From assembly GCA_026126305.1 (NCBI GenBank), contig JAHCJI010000012.1, positions 13,303 through 77,302 of the forward strand: 64,000 nt of DNA. Direction: 5' to 3'. Under the pieces are notes generated by a model. That model ran no database searches, was not told where the DNA came from, and saw only the letters and a list, made by a program, of their open reading frames with translations. Every line of letters begins with the position of its first letter. Positions within the stretch are counted from its first letter, which is position 1. The stretch comes from Phycisphaeraceae bacterium (GTDB lineage Bacteria; Planctomycetota; Phycisphaerae; Phycisphaerales; UBA1924). The translations under genes and the position numbers were made by a program. Of this stretch, positions 18,426-28,194 are shown one piece after another.

Positions 18426-20888
18426 GTGCCTTGGCTCGGAGGCGTTGTGTCGGCCGACAAGAGCGCAGGAACTGCCACCAAAGACCAGAAACCGGGCCAA
18501 GACCCGGCCGTGACGCCATGGCGTGACATCTGGCAGGTACCCACGCTTGCCGTGTCGATCGCAGCACTTGTTATCGGGCTTTCCATAACTGCCTTATATC
18601 GCCCGACGCCCGACTATCAGAGCCTGCTGGACGGGGCCGAGCGGCGGATCGAGGCCAAGCGACATGTCGAAGCCCTCAGCGTGCTGAATCGCAAGCTCTC
18701 GCCGCTGTTGGGGCGTGAGTCCTTCTCGCCCGAGCATCGCCGCCGGTTCCATACCCTGCGTGCCCGGGCGCTGGCGTTTGGCCAGATCGAGCAGGGCATG
18801 CGACTGCCCGTCAACGATCGCAACATCGTTTCGGAGTATCGCGAGGCCGAACGCCACGGCGCAGTGCTTTCACCATCGGATGCCTTCCAGCTGGGTTTGG
18901 CATACCTTGGTTTGGGCGAGTTGGGCCCTGCGTTGGCACGGGCCGAGTCGATGCCCGCGGTGGAGCGGCATCGTCGGCATGAGTTGTATCGCCTGGCCAT
19001 CGAGCAGCCCGATGTCGCAACGCCCGGCGGGCGTGAGCGCATCGTGGAACTGGTGTCGGGGTATGTCAGCGATCCAACGCTGGGCATCAATGACCGCGCC
19101 TGGGCCGAACTCCAACGGGCCCGCGTGCTGTCGGCCACAGGAGACTGGGCGGGCGTGGTGGATCGCCTGCTGCGCACGTACCCACAATGGTCGCAGGCCG
19201 CCGCCATGCATCGGGCGGCGCTGAGCATCGAGCTGGGCACTGCCCACATGGAATTGGGCGAGATCGATGCCGCTCGAGTCGCGCTTGAGTTGGGTGAAAC
19301 ACTGGCCGAACCGCAATCGTCCGAGCGTGGGCAGGCGATCGTCATGCTGGGCCGACTCGACGAATTGACGGGCCGCCCGCAAGAGGCCAAGGACCGGTAC
19401 CAGCGTGTCCTGAGAGATCTTGGGTGGTCGGCCGCGGCCCAAGCCGCCCGGCTTGGTCTGGCCGAGGTGTACGCATCCGAAGCCGAGCACGACCTGGCTC
19501 TGGACCTGTTCCAGAGCGCCATTTCCGAGATGCACGAGCACGGCCCGGCCGGGGGTGTCGACGCCGCGATGCTCGAGACTTCCTTGCTGCTCCAGTATCA
19601 GAATCTAAGCGCGGCAACGCAGGTACACGAGGCCCTTCGCTACGCGCGCATGGCCGAACGCGTGCGTATGGGTGAGCGTACGGCAGCGTTGGTCCAGTCG
19701 CTGGCCGACGCGAATCGGGCAGTGGCCGAGACGATGATGCGCGATGCGGGCAGTGGACAAGGCCCGGCCGACGTGCTGCGCCTGGACGCTACGACACGGG
19801 ACGAGCTGCGCCTCCACCTGCGTGCTGCCGGCGGGTACTACGCGTTGCACGCCGATATGGTAACCCTCGACGAAGCGGCCTTTGAACGCAGCACCTGGAT
19901 GAGCGCGCTGAGTTTTGATCAGGCCGGCGACCTGGACCTGGCCGAACAAAAACTCATGACCTTCGTGACGGCCATCAGCGAGAGCCCGTTGCGGGCCGAG
20001 GCACGCTATCGGCTGGGTCGTGTGTACCAGGTGAAGGGGCGGCACTCGGCGGCCGAAGAAATGTTCCGCGGCCTGATCGACGACGCGAACAACCCGGATA
20101 CGGGCAAGGGAGTTGGCCCCTTCGCGTTGATGTCGTACGTGCCGCTGGCCCAGACCTTGCTAGCCGACGCCAACACCGAGAACGACCGGGAGGCCTTGCT
20201 GCTGCTCGAACGTGTGCTGGCCGGTGGATTGGTAGGCCCCACCAGCGAGGAGTACCGCACCGCGCTGCTCGAATTGGGCTCGCTCCATTACCGGCAGGGC
20301 GACTATGTCCGAGCCATCGAGCGTTTGGGAGAGGCCCTGGTCCGCTTCGAGGGAGAACGCTCGGAACACCGCATCCGGTATCTCATGGCCGATGCTTATC
20401 GGCTCGAGGCCAATCGGATAGCCGCCGCGCTGACCCAGGCCATGCCCGGCAGCGAACGCCGAGAGTTGCAGCAGCTGCGGGCCGATCGGCTGCGGACGGC
20501 CATCGAACAGTACGAACACTCTCGGACTGGGCTCGAACGCCTGCAACTGCCCACGCCAGCAGAACGCGAGGCCCTTCGCGGCGCGTACTTCTTCCTGGGC
20601 GCGTGCGCCTACGACCTTGAAGACTACGACCTGGCCGTGCGCCACTACGCCGCCGCGCACGCGAAGTATTCGGGCGATCCGGCCTCGCTGGTGCCGCTGA
20701 TCCAGATCGTCAGCGCCCGGCTGCAACAAGGCGAATACGCACTGGCTCGTGCGGCCAATGAGCGCGCCCAGCGTTTGTACCAGAGCTTCCCAGAGGAAGT
20801 CTGGGCCGACAACGCGTTGCCGCTCACACGGGAAGACTGGCAGCGCTGGTTCCAGGCCAGCGAGCGCCTGGCCACGGCCGGGGGATGA
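18426..20888 (+). CDS. membrane-anchored TPR-repeat protein
   Basis: One N-terminal transmembrane segment (TLAVSIAALVIGLSITAL) followed by many Ala/Leu/Tyr/Gly-patterned helical repeats (for example AEARYRLGRVYQVKGRHSAAEEMF). Confidence 0.8.
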   Translation: MPWLGGVVSADKSAGTATKDQKPGQDPAVTPWRDIWQVPTLAVSIAALVIGLSITALYRPTPDYQSLLDGAERRIEAKRHVEALSVLNRKLSPLLGRESFSPEHRRRFHTLRARALAFGQIEQGMRLPVNDRNIVSEYREAERHGAVLSPSDAFQLGLAYLGLGELGPALARAESMPAVERHRRHELYRLAIEQPDVATPGGRERIVELVSGYVSDPTLGINDRAWAELQRARVLSATGDWAGVVDRLLRTYPQWSQAAAMHRAALSIELGTAHMELGEIDAARVALELGETLAEPQSSERGQAIVMLGRLDELTGRPQEAKDRYQRVLRDLGWSAAAQAARLGLAEVYASEAEHDLALDLFQSAISEMHEHGPAGGVDAAMLETSLLLQYQNLSAATQVHEALRYARMAERVRMGERTAALVQSLADANRAVAETMMRDAGSGQGPADVLRLDATTRDELRLHLRAAGGYYALHADMVTLDEAAFERSTWMSALSFDQAGDLDLAEQKLMTFVTAISESPLRAEARYRLGRVYQVKGRHSAAEEMFRGLIDDANNPDTGKGVGPFALMSYVPLAQTLLADANTENDREALLLLERVLAGGLVGPTSEEYRTALLELGSLHYRQGDYVRAIERLGEALVRFEGERSEHRIRYLMADAYRLEANRIAAALTQAMPGSERRELQQLRADRLRTAIEQYEHSRTGLERLQLPTPAEREALRGAYFFLGACAYDLEDYDLAVRHYAAAHAKYSGDPASLVPLIQIVSARLQQGEYALARAANERAQRLYQSFPEEVWADNALPLTREDWQRWFQASERLATAGG

Positions 20889-20894
20889 ACACCA

Positions 20895-22508
20895 TCACAA
20901 TCGCGTGACCTCGACTCGCCCGCCGGCCACGTCCTTGATCGCGTAGCCCATCGCCGCCAGTTCGTCGCGGATGGCGTCGGAAGCGGCAAAATCCTTGCTC
21001 GCACGGGCGGCCCGACGCTGCTCGAGTTTCTTCATGATGGCAGGTTCGGGCACGATACCCGGCGCGAAGATGCCGATGGTAGTATCGGCCGAGGCGGGGC
21101 GTTCGAGCGAGAGCACGCCGAGCACGCCATCGATCTGCCGAAGGATATCGGCATCGGCCCGCGTGGGCTCGGTCAGTTCGCCCGCCATCGTATTGATGGC
21201 TGCAATCGCAGCGGCGATGTTGAGATCGTCGTGCATGGCCTGAGAAAACGCCGCCAAGGCCTGGGTACTTGCCGGGTGTGCCGCGCCCGCCCCATGGGCC
21301 GTCTCGATCCGCCGCCATCGCTCCACCATCCGCTGGCTGTCCTTGAGCAACTGCTCGGTAAAATCGGCGTTGGTGCGGTAGTGGGTGCGGACGAGCGCCA
21401 GCCGCAGGGCCGCAGGCTCGACGCCCCGGGCAAAGAGGTCTCGTGCGGTGAAGAAGTTGCCCTTGCTCTTGCTCATCTTCTGACCGTCGACCAGCAGGAA
21501 TCGCGTGTGCAGCCAGTGGCGTGCAAAGGGCGCGCCGGCGGGCGTCTCGTTGAAGGCGCAGCAACTCTGAGCAATCTCGCACTCGTGGTGGGGGAAGATG
21601 TTGTCCTCCCCGCCTGTGTGCAGGTCGATCAACGCGTGACCGTCGGGCACGCAGGCATCGGGATACTCGGCGCGGGCCAGCACCTCGAAGGCCATCGCCG
21701 AACATTCGACGTGCCAGCCCGGATAGCCCTGGCCCCAAGGGCTGCTCCACTTCATCAGGTGGGCGGCGTCTTCCTTCCATAAGAGGAAGTCGGCGGGATG
21801 ACGCTTGGCCTGTTGATTCGTATCGTCCACACGCCCACCCGCGCCGGCACGCAACGCCTCGAGCGTGTTGCCGCTGAGGCGCCCATACGACTCGAAGGCA
21901 TGCACGCTGAAGTACACGGCCCGCCCGCCCGCCGGGCCGCTGACATAGGCGCACCCGCGAGCGATCAACCGCTCGATAAGCGCGATCATCGCGGGCACGT
22001 AGGCCGTGGCCCGGGGCATCATGTCCGGCTCATGCGCCACCCTCAGGCCCAGTCGGCGGGCATCTTCGAGGAAACGATCGCTGTAGAAGCGCGCGATGGC
22101 CATCGGGTCGCCGGCGTCGATCTCCGTGCCCGCGGGAAGGGTGCCGGCTTTTTTGGCTTCAAGCAGCCTGCTGCGGGCGGCGTCCATCTTGTCCTGGCCA
22201 CCGCCGTCGGCGGCGCTGTCATCGGTCATGTGCCCCACGTCGGTGATGTTCATGGCGTGGCGCACCGAGCGAGGGCCGGCGTGGACGTTGCCTTGCGTAT
22301 CCTGAACGTGGCACAAAGGGCTCTCGATCCAGCGACGCAGCAAGTCGGCGATCAGGAAGGCCCGGAAGTTGCCGATGTGCGCATCGTCGTACACCGTTGG
22401 CCCGCACGTGTAGAAGGTAACCCGGGCAGGGTCTGTCGCGCGAAAGGGCTCGACGCGCTTCGTGAGGGTGTTGTACAGGTGCAGGCAGCTCGAAGGACTC
22501 GGCGTCAT
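20895..22508 (-). CDS. cysS: cysteine--tRNA ligase
   Basis: YTCGPTVYDDAHIGNFR (HIGH region), KMSKSKGNF (KMSKS) and the WHVECS/GGEDNIFPHHE zinc and active-site region. Confidence 0.95.
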   Translation of the reverse strand: MTPSPSSCLHLYNTLTKRVEPFRATDPARVTFYTCGPTVYDDAHIGNFRAFLIADLLRRWIESPLCHVQDTQGNVHAGPRSVRHAMNITDVGHMTDDSAADGGGQDKMDAARSRLLEAKKAGTLPAGTEIDAGDPMAIARFYSDRFLEDARRLGLRVAHEPDMMPRATAYVPAMIALIERLIARGCAYVSGPAGGRAVYFSVHAFESYGRLSGNTLEALRAGAGGRVDDTNQQAKRHPADFLLWKEDAAHLMKWSSPWGQGYPGWHVECSAMAFEVLARAEYPDACVPDGHALIDLHTGGEDNIFPHHECEIAQSCCAFNETPAGAPFARHWLHTRFLLVDGQKMSKSKGNFFTARDLFARGVEPAALRLALVRTHYRTNADFTEQLLKDSQRMVERWRRIETAHGAGAAHPASTQALAAFSQAMHDDLNIAAAIAAINTMAGELTEPTRADADILRQIDGVLGVLSLERPASADTTIGIFAPGIVPEPAIMKKLEQRRAARASKDFAASDAIRDELAAMGYAIKDVAGGRVEVTRL

Positions 22509-22556
22509 GAGCGATCATAGTGCGAACGCGTTGCCACAACGTGCGTACGCTGACCG

Positions 22557-23468
22557 GTGAACGAACCCCGTCGGCACAGGCAGGTTTCCTTTGAATTCCT
22601 GGGCACGGGCGTGTCCAGCGGCGTCCCGGTCATCGGCTGCAACTGCCTCACGTGTACCAGCAAAGACCCCAGGGACACCCGGCTTCGATGCTCGGCGGCG
22701 CTGCGCTTCGGCGACGACCGGGGCGAACAGCGCACCATCCTCTTCGACGCCGGCCCGGACCTGCGCCAGCAGGCCCTGCGGGCCCGACTCGAACGCATCG
22801 ATGCCCTGCTCTTCACCCACAACCATGTCGACCACACCTGGGGCCTGGACGAACTGCGGCGCTTCAACACGCTCATGGAAGGACCGGTGGACATCTACGC
22901 CAACGACCACACGCTCGCGTTCCTGCGCCGCGTCTATGCCCACATCTTCGACGCGCCCAGCAATATCCAGCCCAGTTATGTGGCAACGGTCATCCCCCAC
23001 CGCCTGCTGCCGGGCGTGCCCGAGACGCTCTTTGGACTTCGCATCACGCCCATCCCACTGCTGCACGGCAAGCTCCCCGTGCTTGGCTTTCGCGTCGAGG
23101 CGGCCCACCCCACCGTAGCGGCACGCATGGGCATCGACGAACTGCTGCCCCTGGCATATTGCACGGACGTCTCGGGCATCCCACCCGAGAGTTGGCCTTT
23201 GCTCGAGGGCCTGCGCACACTGGTGCTCGGGGCGCTGAGGCCGCGCAAGCACGCCACGCATTTTTCGATCGATCAGGCCGTGGATGCCGCGCTGAAGATC
23301 GCCGCCCGCGAGACTTGGTTCATCCATATGAACCACGAGGTGCGTCACGAGCCGGTCGACCGGGCGTTGCCGTCGGGTATCCGCCTGGCCTGGGACGGGC
23401 TGGTCTTGCCACGCACGCGAGACGACGAACGCGATCAGAGCGAATGGGCCCGGGGCTGGCTCGAGTGA
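22557..23468 (+). CDS. MBL-fold metallo-hydrolase (PhnP-like)
   Basis: FLGTGVSSGVPVIGCNCLTC N-terminus and FTHNHVDHTWGLDEL (HxHxDH). Confidence 0.85.
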   Translation: MNEPRRHRQVSFEFLGTGVSSGVPVIGCNCLTCTSKDPRDTRLRCSAALRFGDDRGEQRTILFDAGPDLRQQALRARLERIDALLFTHNHVDHTWGLDELRRFNTLMEGPVDIYANDHTLAFLRRVYAHIFDAPSNIQPSYVATVIPHRLLPGVPETLFGLRITPIPLLHGKLPVLGFRVEAAHPTVAARMGIDELLPLAYCTDVSGIPPESWPLLEGLRTLVLGALRPRKHATHFSIDQAVDAALKIAARETWFIHMNHEVRHEPVDRALPSGIRLAWDGLVLPRTRDDERDQSEWARGWLE

Positions 23469-23489
23469 ATGCCAGTCTCTGTTCTTTGC

Positions 23490-24350
23490 TTAGTCACAGC
23501 CTTCCAGGAATGCACGCTGGTAGCATTGGAAGTCCGAGAGCGTCAACGTGCCGTCCCCGTCGCAGTCGGCGGCCAGATCTCCCGAAGCGAACGCGTTGAA
23601 GAACGCCAGGTAATCGAAGACCGTCAGCACACCGTCGCCGTCCAGATCCGCCGGACATGGTGCCACGCCGTAGATATCGAAGGGCAGCGAGACCTGCACA
23701 CCGCCCTCCGTGCGATTGCGCGCGGGTCGCCAGGCACCGAGCACCCGTTGCATGGCTTCGCCCAAACGCGGCTCGGCTTCATCACCCAGATACGGGCTGT
23801 AAGGACCGCCGTCCAGCGTGCCGTTCATGGTCCACACCAACCAGTAACTGCCCGCCGGCACGTCCCAATCCAAGCCGCCAGCCGACAGGGCATACACGGG
23901 ACGGTCCGTCGTGAACCGAACGCCGGCATTGGCAACATAAGCCCCGGCATGCTCGACATCCGTCAGCGCGTCGAGCGCGACATCGCCCAGGATGCGGGTG
24001 CTGCCAGGGTCTCCCGGGCGACCGCTCCAGAGTTCGACACCCAGAAAATCGATCGTCGGCCCTTCGATGGCACCTTGCTGATAGCCGTAGACAACCACCG
24101 AATCGATCATCGCGGCCCGCTCAAGCGTGAATGGCTCGGCCAGGCGGTAGGTCAGCGTGGCCAGGCCGCTGACACCCATCGAAGCCCCCGCGGGCAGACC
24201 CCAAATCAGGTCGGCACCGGTCTCATGCCCGCCAACCATCGATGAGAGCGGTCCGTTGCCTGTCAATCTGTCCTGACCAGCCGCATGCGCGGATAATCCA
24301 AACAGAAAAATAACAAATCCCGCCGCTCGGGGGTTGATCTTCTTGAGCAT
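23490..24350 (-). CDS. secreted protein of unknown function with a C-terminal GC-terminated dockerin-like module
   Basis: Signal peptide MLKKINPRAAGFVIFLFGLSAHAAG. The last 55 aa are CPADLDGDGVLTVFDYLAFFNAFASGDLAADCDGDGTLTLSDFQCYQRAFLEGCD. Confidence 0.8.
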   Translation of the reverse strand: MLKKINPRAAGFVIFLFGLSAHAAGQDRLTGNGPLSSMVGGHETGADLIWGLPAGASMGVSGLATLTYRLAEPFTLERAAMIDSVVVYGYQQGAIEGPTIDFLGVELWSGRPGDPGSTRILGDVALDALTDVEHAGAYVANAGVRFTTDRPVYALSAGGLDWDVPAGSYWLVWTMNGTLDGGPYSPYLGDEAEPRLGEAMQRVLGAWRPARNRTEGGVQVSLPFDIYGVAPCPADLDGDGVLTVFDYLAFFNAFASGDLAADCDGDGTLTLSDFQCYQRAFLEGCD

Positions 24351-24637
24351 GGCCTCGTCTTCCTCCCGGGCAGAATATGCGCTGAGCCACTCCATCGCTA
24401 CCACAAGAGGCGGAACTGGGCCACCTTTCTGTGGTGAATTCCCGGTCCATCCGCCCAGAAGACGGCGCAAGATCCGCCGAAACCAAAAATTTACGCCAGA
24501 ACCAACAACCGGCATGAATACCCCACCCCTGTTCGGCCGATGCCAAAGCCGGAGGCGAGAGAACATTTCGGGAGTTGCCCCGCGACCAGGTGGCCGGTCG
24601 CGGGTGTCGGGACTGGCCACCACATGGTGCCAAGGAC

Positions 24638-24970
24638 ATGGGCGCGGCAAAAACCATCACTCGCCAGCAACCAACCCTCGATGATGCCCTGGGGCCGTAC
24701 CAGTTCGATCGACGCCGGGCCAATCGGCAGCCCGCCCGCGGGCAACGCCTGGCCGTCGTCTTCGGCGTCCAGGGCGGTCGCTGGCTGTTGCCTCTGGAAC
24801 TACGCGATACGTGCTCGGGCGGGCTGGGCCTGATCGGCGAGCACGCGCTGGAGCCGGGCGACCGGGTCACCCTCTACGACGAGGGACGCCGTGCCACGTT
24901 CATCAAAGGCGTCGTCGTGCGAAGCAGCGTCCGAGAAGACGGGCGGTTCGATCTCGGCCTGACCTGCTGA
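24638..24970 (+). CDS. stand-alone PilZ domain protein
   Basis: RRRANR (RxxxR) and DTCSGGLGL (DxSxxG) motifs in about 110 aa. Confidence 0.7.
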   Translation: MGAAKTITRQQPTLDDALGPYQFDRRRANRQPARGQRLAVVFGVQGGRWLLPLELRDTCSGGLGLIGEHALEPGDRVTLYDEGRRATFIKGVVVRSSVREDGRFDLGLTC

Positions 24971-24985
24971 GCGACGCGGCCAGAA

Positions 24986-25570
24986 TCAATCGAGCGTTTG
25001 GGCCATCGATGCCCACGTCTCCCGATACCGTCGGGCCATATCTTCGAGCGCCTGGGGCACCACGCGGACCTGCCCGACCGTGGTGATGAAGTTCGTATCC
25101 CCCGCCCAACGGGGCACGACGTGGGCGTGCAAATGACCGGGCACGCCCGCGCCAGCGGCCCGGCCCTGGTTAATGCCCATGTTCAGCCCCTGGCATTCGA
25201 GCGTCCGCTCCGCAAGATCGCAAGCCAACTCCACGAGCATCCAGAAATGGGCCCGGTCGGCCGGGTCATACTCGAGCAAACGAGCCCGAGGCTTGCCCAG
25301 GGCGATGAGCAAGTGGCCATTGGCGTAGGGGTAGGCATTGAGCAGGATCATGCCCGCCCTGGAGCGGGCGATAACGTGGTTGGCTCGGTCATTCTCAGAA
25401 TGGGCCCAATACGCCGAGAGAAAACTCGCACCATCGCCAGCCTTTGGCGCGGAATCATCCTTCCCCAGTGATTCGAGGTATTGAAGCCGCCAAGGCGCTT
25501 GGAGGCCCTCGGGCCCGGCAGGGCGATTATCGGAACCTATCCCCTGCTCGGTATGGAGCGGTCGACGCAT
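24986..25570 (-). CDS. HIT-family nucleotide hydrolase/transferase (Ap4A phosphorylase-like)
   Basis: Histidine triad GHLHAHVVPRWAGDTNF preceded by ILLNAYPYANGHLLI. Confidence 0.85.
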   Translation of the reverse strand: MRRPLHTEQGIGSDNRPAGPEGLQAPWRLQYLESLGKDDSAPKAGDGASFLSAYWAHSENDRANHVIARSRAGMILLNAYPYANGHLLIALGKPRARLLEYDPADRAHFWMLVELACDLAERTLECQGLNMGINQGRAAGAGVPGHLHAHVVPRWAGDTNFITTVGQVRVVPQALEDMARRYRETWASMAQTLD

Positions 25571-25653
25571 CTCGACAGTGTAGCGACTGCGCCGCCGGGG
25601 TCGGAAAGCCGATGATACATGGAGTCGGCCTCCGACAAATTGGAGTCACGCCC

Positions 25654-26091
25654 ATGCGCATCGAAGACATCATGACGCGAGAAGTCATCACGGCTGGCTT
25701 CGACGACGATCTCAAGCAGGTCCGGGATTTATTCACGAAGTACCGCTTCCGGCACCTGCCCGTGGTCGACGATGAGGGTCGATTGGCGGGCATCATCTCC
25801 GACCGGGACATGCTTGCCAACATCAGCCCCTTCGCAGGCACCATCAACGAACGCACGGTGGATGCCAACAGCCTGCGTCGCAAAGCCCACCAGATCATGA
25901 CCCGCAACCCCATGACCATCGAGCCCCGCGAGAAGGCCGAACGAGCCGTGCTTCTGATGCTGCACCAGCGGATCTCCTCGCTGCCTGTCGTGGACGGTAA
26001 GTCGAGGGTGCTGGGCATCGTGACGATGCGTGACCTGATGCGCTGGCTGCTGAACCGGGCCAACATAGATCCGAACCGCGATGCCGCCTGA
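25654..26091 (+). CDS. CBS domain pair protein
   Basis: Two CBS repeats (IMTREVITAG...HLPVVDDEGRLAGIISDRD and IMTRNPMTIEP...SLPVVDGKSRVLGIVTMRD). A GGAG motif lies upstream of the ATG. Confidence 0.85.
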   Translation: MRIEDIMTREVITAGFDDDLKQVRDLFTKYRFRHLPVVDDEGRLAGIISDRDMLANISPFAGTINERTVDANSLRRKAHQIMTRNPMTIEPREKAERAVLLMLHQRISSLPVVDGKSRVLGIVTMRDLMRWLLNRANIDPNRDAA

Positions 26092-26163
26092 TCGGGATGC
26101 CGGCGGCAGATCGGGTGGGTATACTCTGCGTTCCACGCACCTTTCGTGAATCCGGAGCCGGCC

Positions 26164-26397
26164 ATGAAGCAGGACACCCATCCCAAGTATTATCCTAACT
26201 GCAAGGTCTATCACAACGGCGAGGTCGTTATGACCGTCGGTGCCACGGTGCCCGAACTGCACGTCGAAGTCTGGTCGGGCTCGCACCCGTTCTTCACCGG
26301 CAAGCAGGCGTTCGTCGACGCCGCAGGCCGCGTTGAGAAGTTCCAACGCAAGTTTGGCGGCAACTACTTTGCCGGCAAGGACAAGAAGGCCAAGTAA
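26164..26397 (+). CDS. rpmE: 50S ribosomal protein L31 (Cys-poor, zinc-independent type)
   Basis: MKQDTHPKYY...VEVWSGSHPFFTGKQ...GRVEKFQRKFG. The CxxC pairs of zinc-binding L31 are absent. Confidence 0.95.
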   Translation: MKQDTHPKYYPNCKVYHNGEVVMTVGATVPELHVEVWSGSHPFFTGKQAFVDAAGRVEKFQRKFGGNYFAGKDKKAK

Positions 26398-26429
26398 GCC
26401 TCCACACGAAACCCAAGAGAGCCAACCGA

Positions 26430-26455
26430 CCGTGTGCCGACGCACGCGGTTTTTT
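26430..26455 (+). terminator. rho-independent terminator after rpmE
   Basis: 8-bp stem pairing 26430-26437 (ccgtgtgc) with 26442-26449 (gcacgcgg), including one G-U pair. The loop is cgac and a T6 run follows at 26450-26455. Confidence 0.75.
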
Positions 26456-26585
26456 GTTCGCTATCGGACGTGGCCAGTTTGCCCGATCGCTGTATCGGGC
26501 GCACATTCTCTCATTCCCGGACGCAGATTGACTCAAGATCTTCAGCCCGTCCATGCGCGGCCCGATCTTGAGTGCAGGTGGATCC

Positions 26586-27239
26586 ATGTTTTCCGCGATG
26601 GACCCCATCTCGGATGCCAAGCAAACCGTCGCACCTTCGATGGACGGACGGGATGCAGACCGGCCCAATCAGGATCGGGAACCAAGCGAGGCCGACCGCC
26701 GGAAACTCGAAAAGCTGCGCGAGACCGACCAGCGTGTTCGTCGGCACGAGGAAGCGCACCGTGCGGCCGCTGGGGCGTTGCATCGCGGTGGTCCGACCTA
26801 TACCTATGAAACCGGGCCCGATGGCAAGCGGTACGCCGTCGCCGGATCGGTGCAGATCGACACCTCCCCGGGTCGAACGCCGCAGGAGACCGTGCAAAAG
26901 GCCGCGCAGATCCGACGCACGGCCCTGGCCCCGGTGGACCCATCCAGCGAGGATCGCGCCATCGCGGCCAAGGCGTCGCGCATGGAAGACGCCGCCCGAC
27001 GGGCCATGGCACGCGAGGCGATGCAGAAGATCGACCGCAAAACCGCCGAACATACTTCGCCACCCGAAAGTGCCGGCCAACGCTTGCCGACAGCGCCCGA
27101 TGCGATGCCCCACACGCTTGATGCCGTCGGCGAAGTCTGGTCGGACGTGAGCGCGCTCAATGCCGACCAGTTGCCAAGACACGATCTCGATGCAAACAGG
27201 TCGCCGCAAACTGGTTCGGGCCTAGACGTGCTGGCATAA
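26586..27239 (+). CDS. SprA-related / putative metalloprotease CJM1_0395-family protein
   Basis: KLRETDQRVRRHEEAHRAAAG...GGPTYTYETGPDGKRYAVAGSVQIDTSP is the pattern I associate with the SprA-related family (from memory). Confidence 0.7.
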   Translation: MFSAMDPISDAKQTVAPSMDGRDADRPNQDREPSEADRRKLEKLRETDQRVRRHEEAHRAAAGALHRGGPTYTYETGPDGKRYAVAGSVQIDTSPGRTPQETVQKAAQIRRTALAPVDPSSEDRAIAAKASRMEDAARRAMAREAMQKIDRKTAEHTSPPESAGQRLPTAPDAMPHTLDAVGEVWSDVSALNADQLPRHDLDANRSPQTGSGLDVLA

Positions 27240-27247
27240 CACTCGAT

Positions 27248-27901
27248 TCAGCGGCCAGCGGGATCGATCAATCGATCGATCGACAGCGTGGTGAAACACG
27301 GCGCTTCGATGCCCGTCACGACCTGCCAGAAGGGCTCGTCGAAGCCATCGGGCAGCCAGATCTTGAACTGGCCCTTGGGGTCGTCGGCGTAGGTCTTCAG
27401 CGAGGCGTTGCCGATGAACAAGGCACGCTGGATCAGCAGCAGATCGTCGCTGACGTACTCGGACTCTGCCGAAACCCCAACGATGGCATCCACCAGTTCG
27501 CTGAAGAGTTGCCGATCGTGTTCGAGCAGCACGTGGGCGTCGTCCCAGAGAAGATACCGGTATCGGCTTGCCGGCCCGCAGTGTGCGGGGTCTCGGCTGC
27601 GCAAGAGCGAGACCACGCCCCTTGGGCCATGGACACGCCGGGCCAGACTCGGCCCGGGGATACCCAGTTCGAGCTGCTCGCAGAACGAATCGAGGTCTCG
27701 GATGTGGCGTCCATTGAATCGAAAGACTTCAACGTACCGCTGGGTCTGGAGGAACTGGCCAAAGGAGGTCACGAAGTCGATCTGCCTCCGAGGGGCGGGC
27801 GACCAGGCAACGAGATGAGACTCGTCGGTCAAGGCGAGCACATCAGCCTGCCAGCGTCCCCCGAGCAGGGGGTTATTGGATTGGCTGGTCAGAATGCCCA
27901 T
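27248..27901 (-). CDS. hypothetical protein with weak barstar-like resemblance
   Basis: Clean 217-aa ORF with coding-like composition. The segment FRFNGRHIRDLDSFCEQLELGIPGP...YRYLLWDDAHVLL loosely resembles the barstar pattern. An unusually A+T-rich 290-bp region lies upstream. Confidence 0.6.
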   Translation of the reverse strand: MGILTSQSNNPLLGGRWQADVLALTDESHLVAWSPAPRRQIDFVTSFGQFLQTQRYVEVFRFNGRHIRDLDSFCEQLELGIPGPSLARRVHGPRGVVSLLRSRDPAHCGPASRYRYLLWDDAHVLLEHDRQLFSELVDAIVGVSAESEYVSDDLLLIQRALFIGNASLKTYADDPKGQFKIWLPDGFDEPFWQVVTGIEAPCFTTLSIDRLIDPAGR

Positions 27902-28194
27902 CGTCGGAAGCCTTTCCGAATCACATACCCGAAATAATACCTGACAAAACCCCTCGGTCCGACGCCCTTTGGCCGGCCGGTCACATCTTTCTACTCTCAG
28001 TGTGCGCTACAAATGGAACTCGGCAAGCAATCGCCCGAATAGGCCTTGCAAACGATAGATTCCGCCGTATTTTAGCGGGTTTTTGAACGTCCGTATGCGG
28101 TTATTGTTCAGTTTTCTGGGGATATCCAGTACGATAAATCGCGCCGTTCATCCGCTTCTGTAGGTCCGATATTCAATCATTCTCTTGTCCCGCT

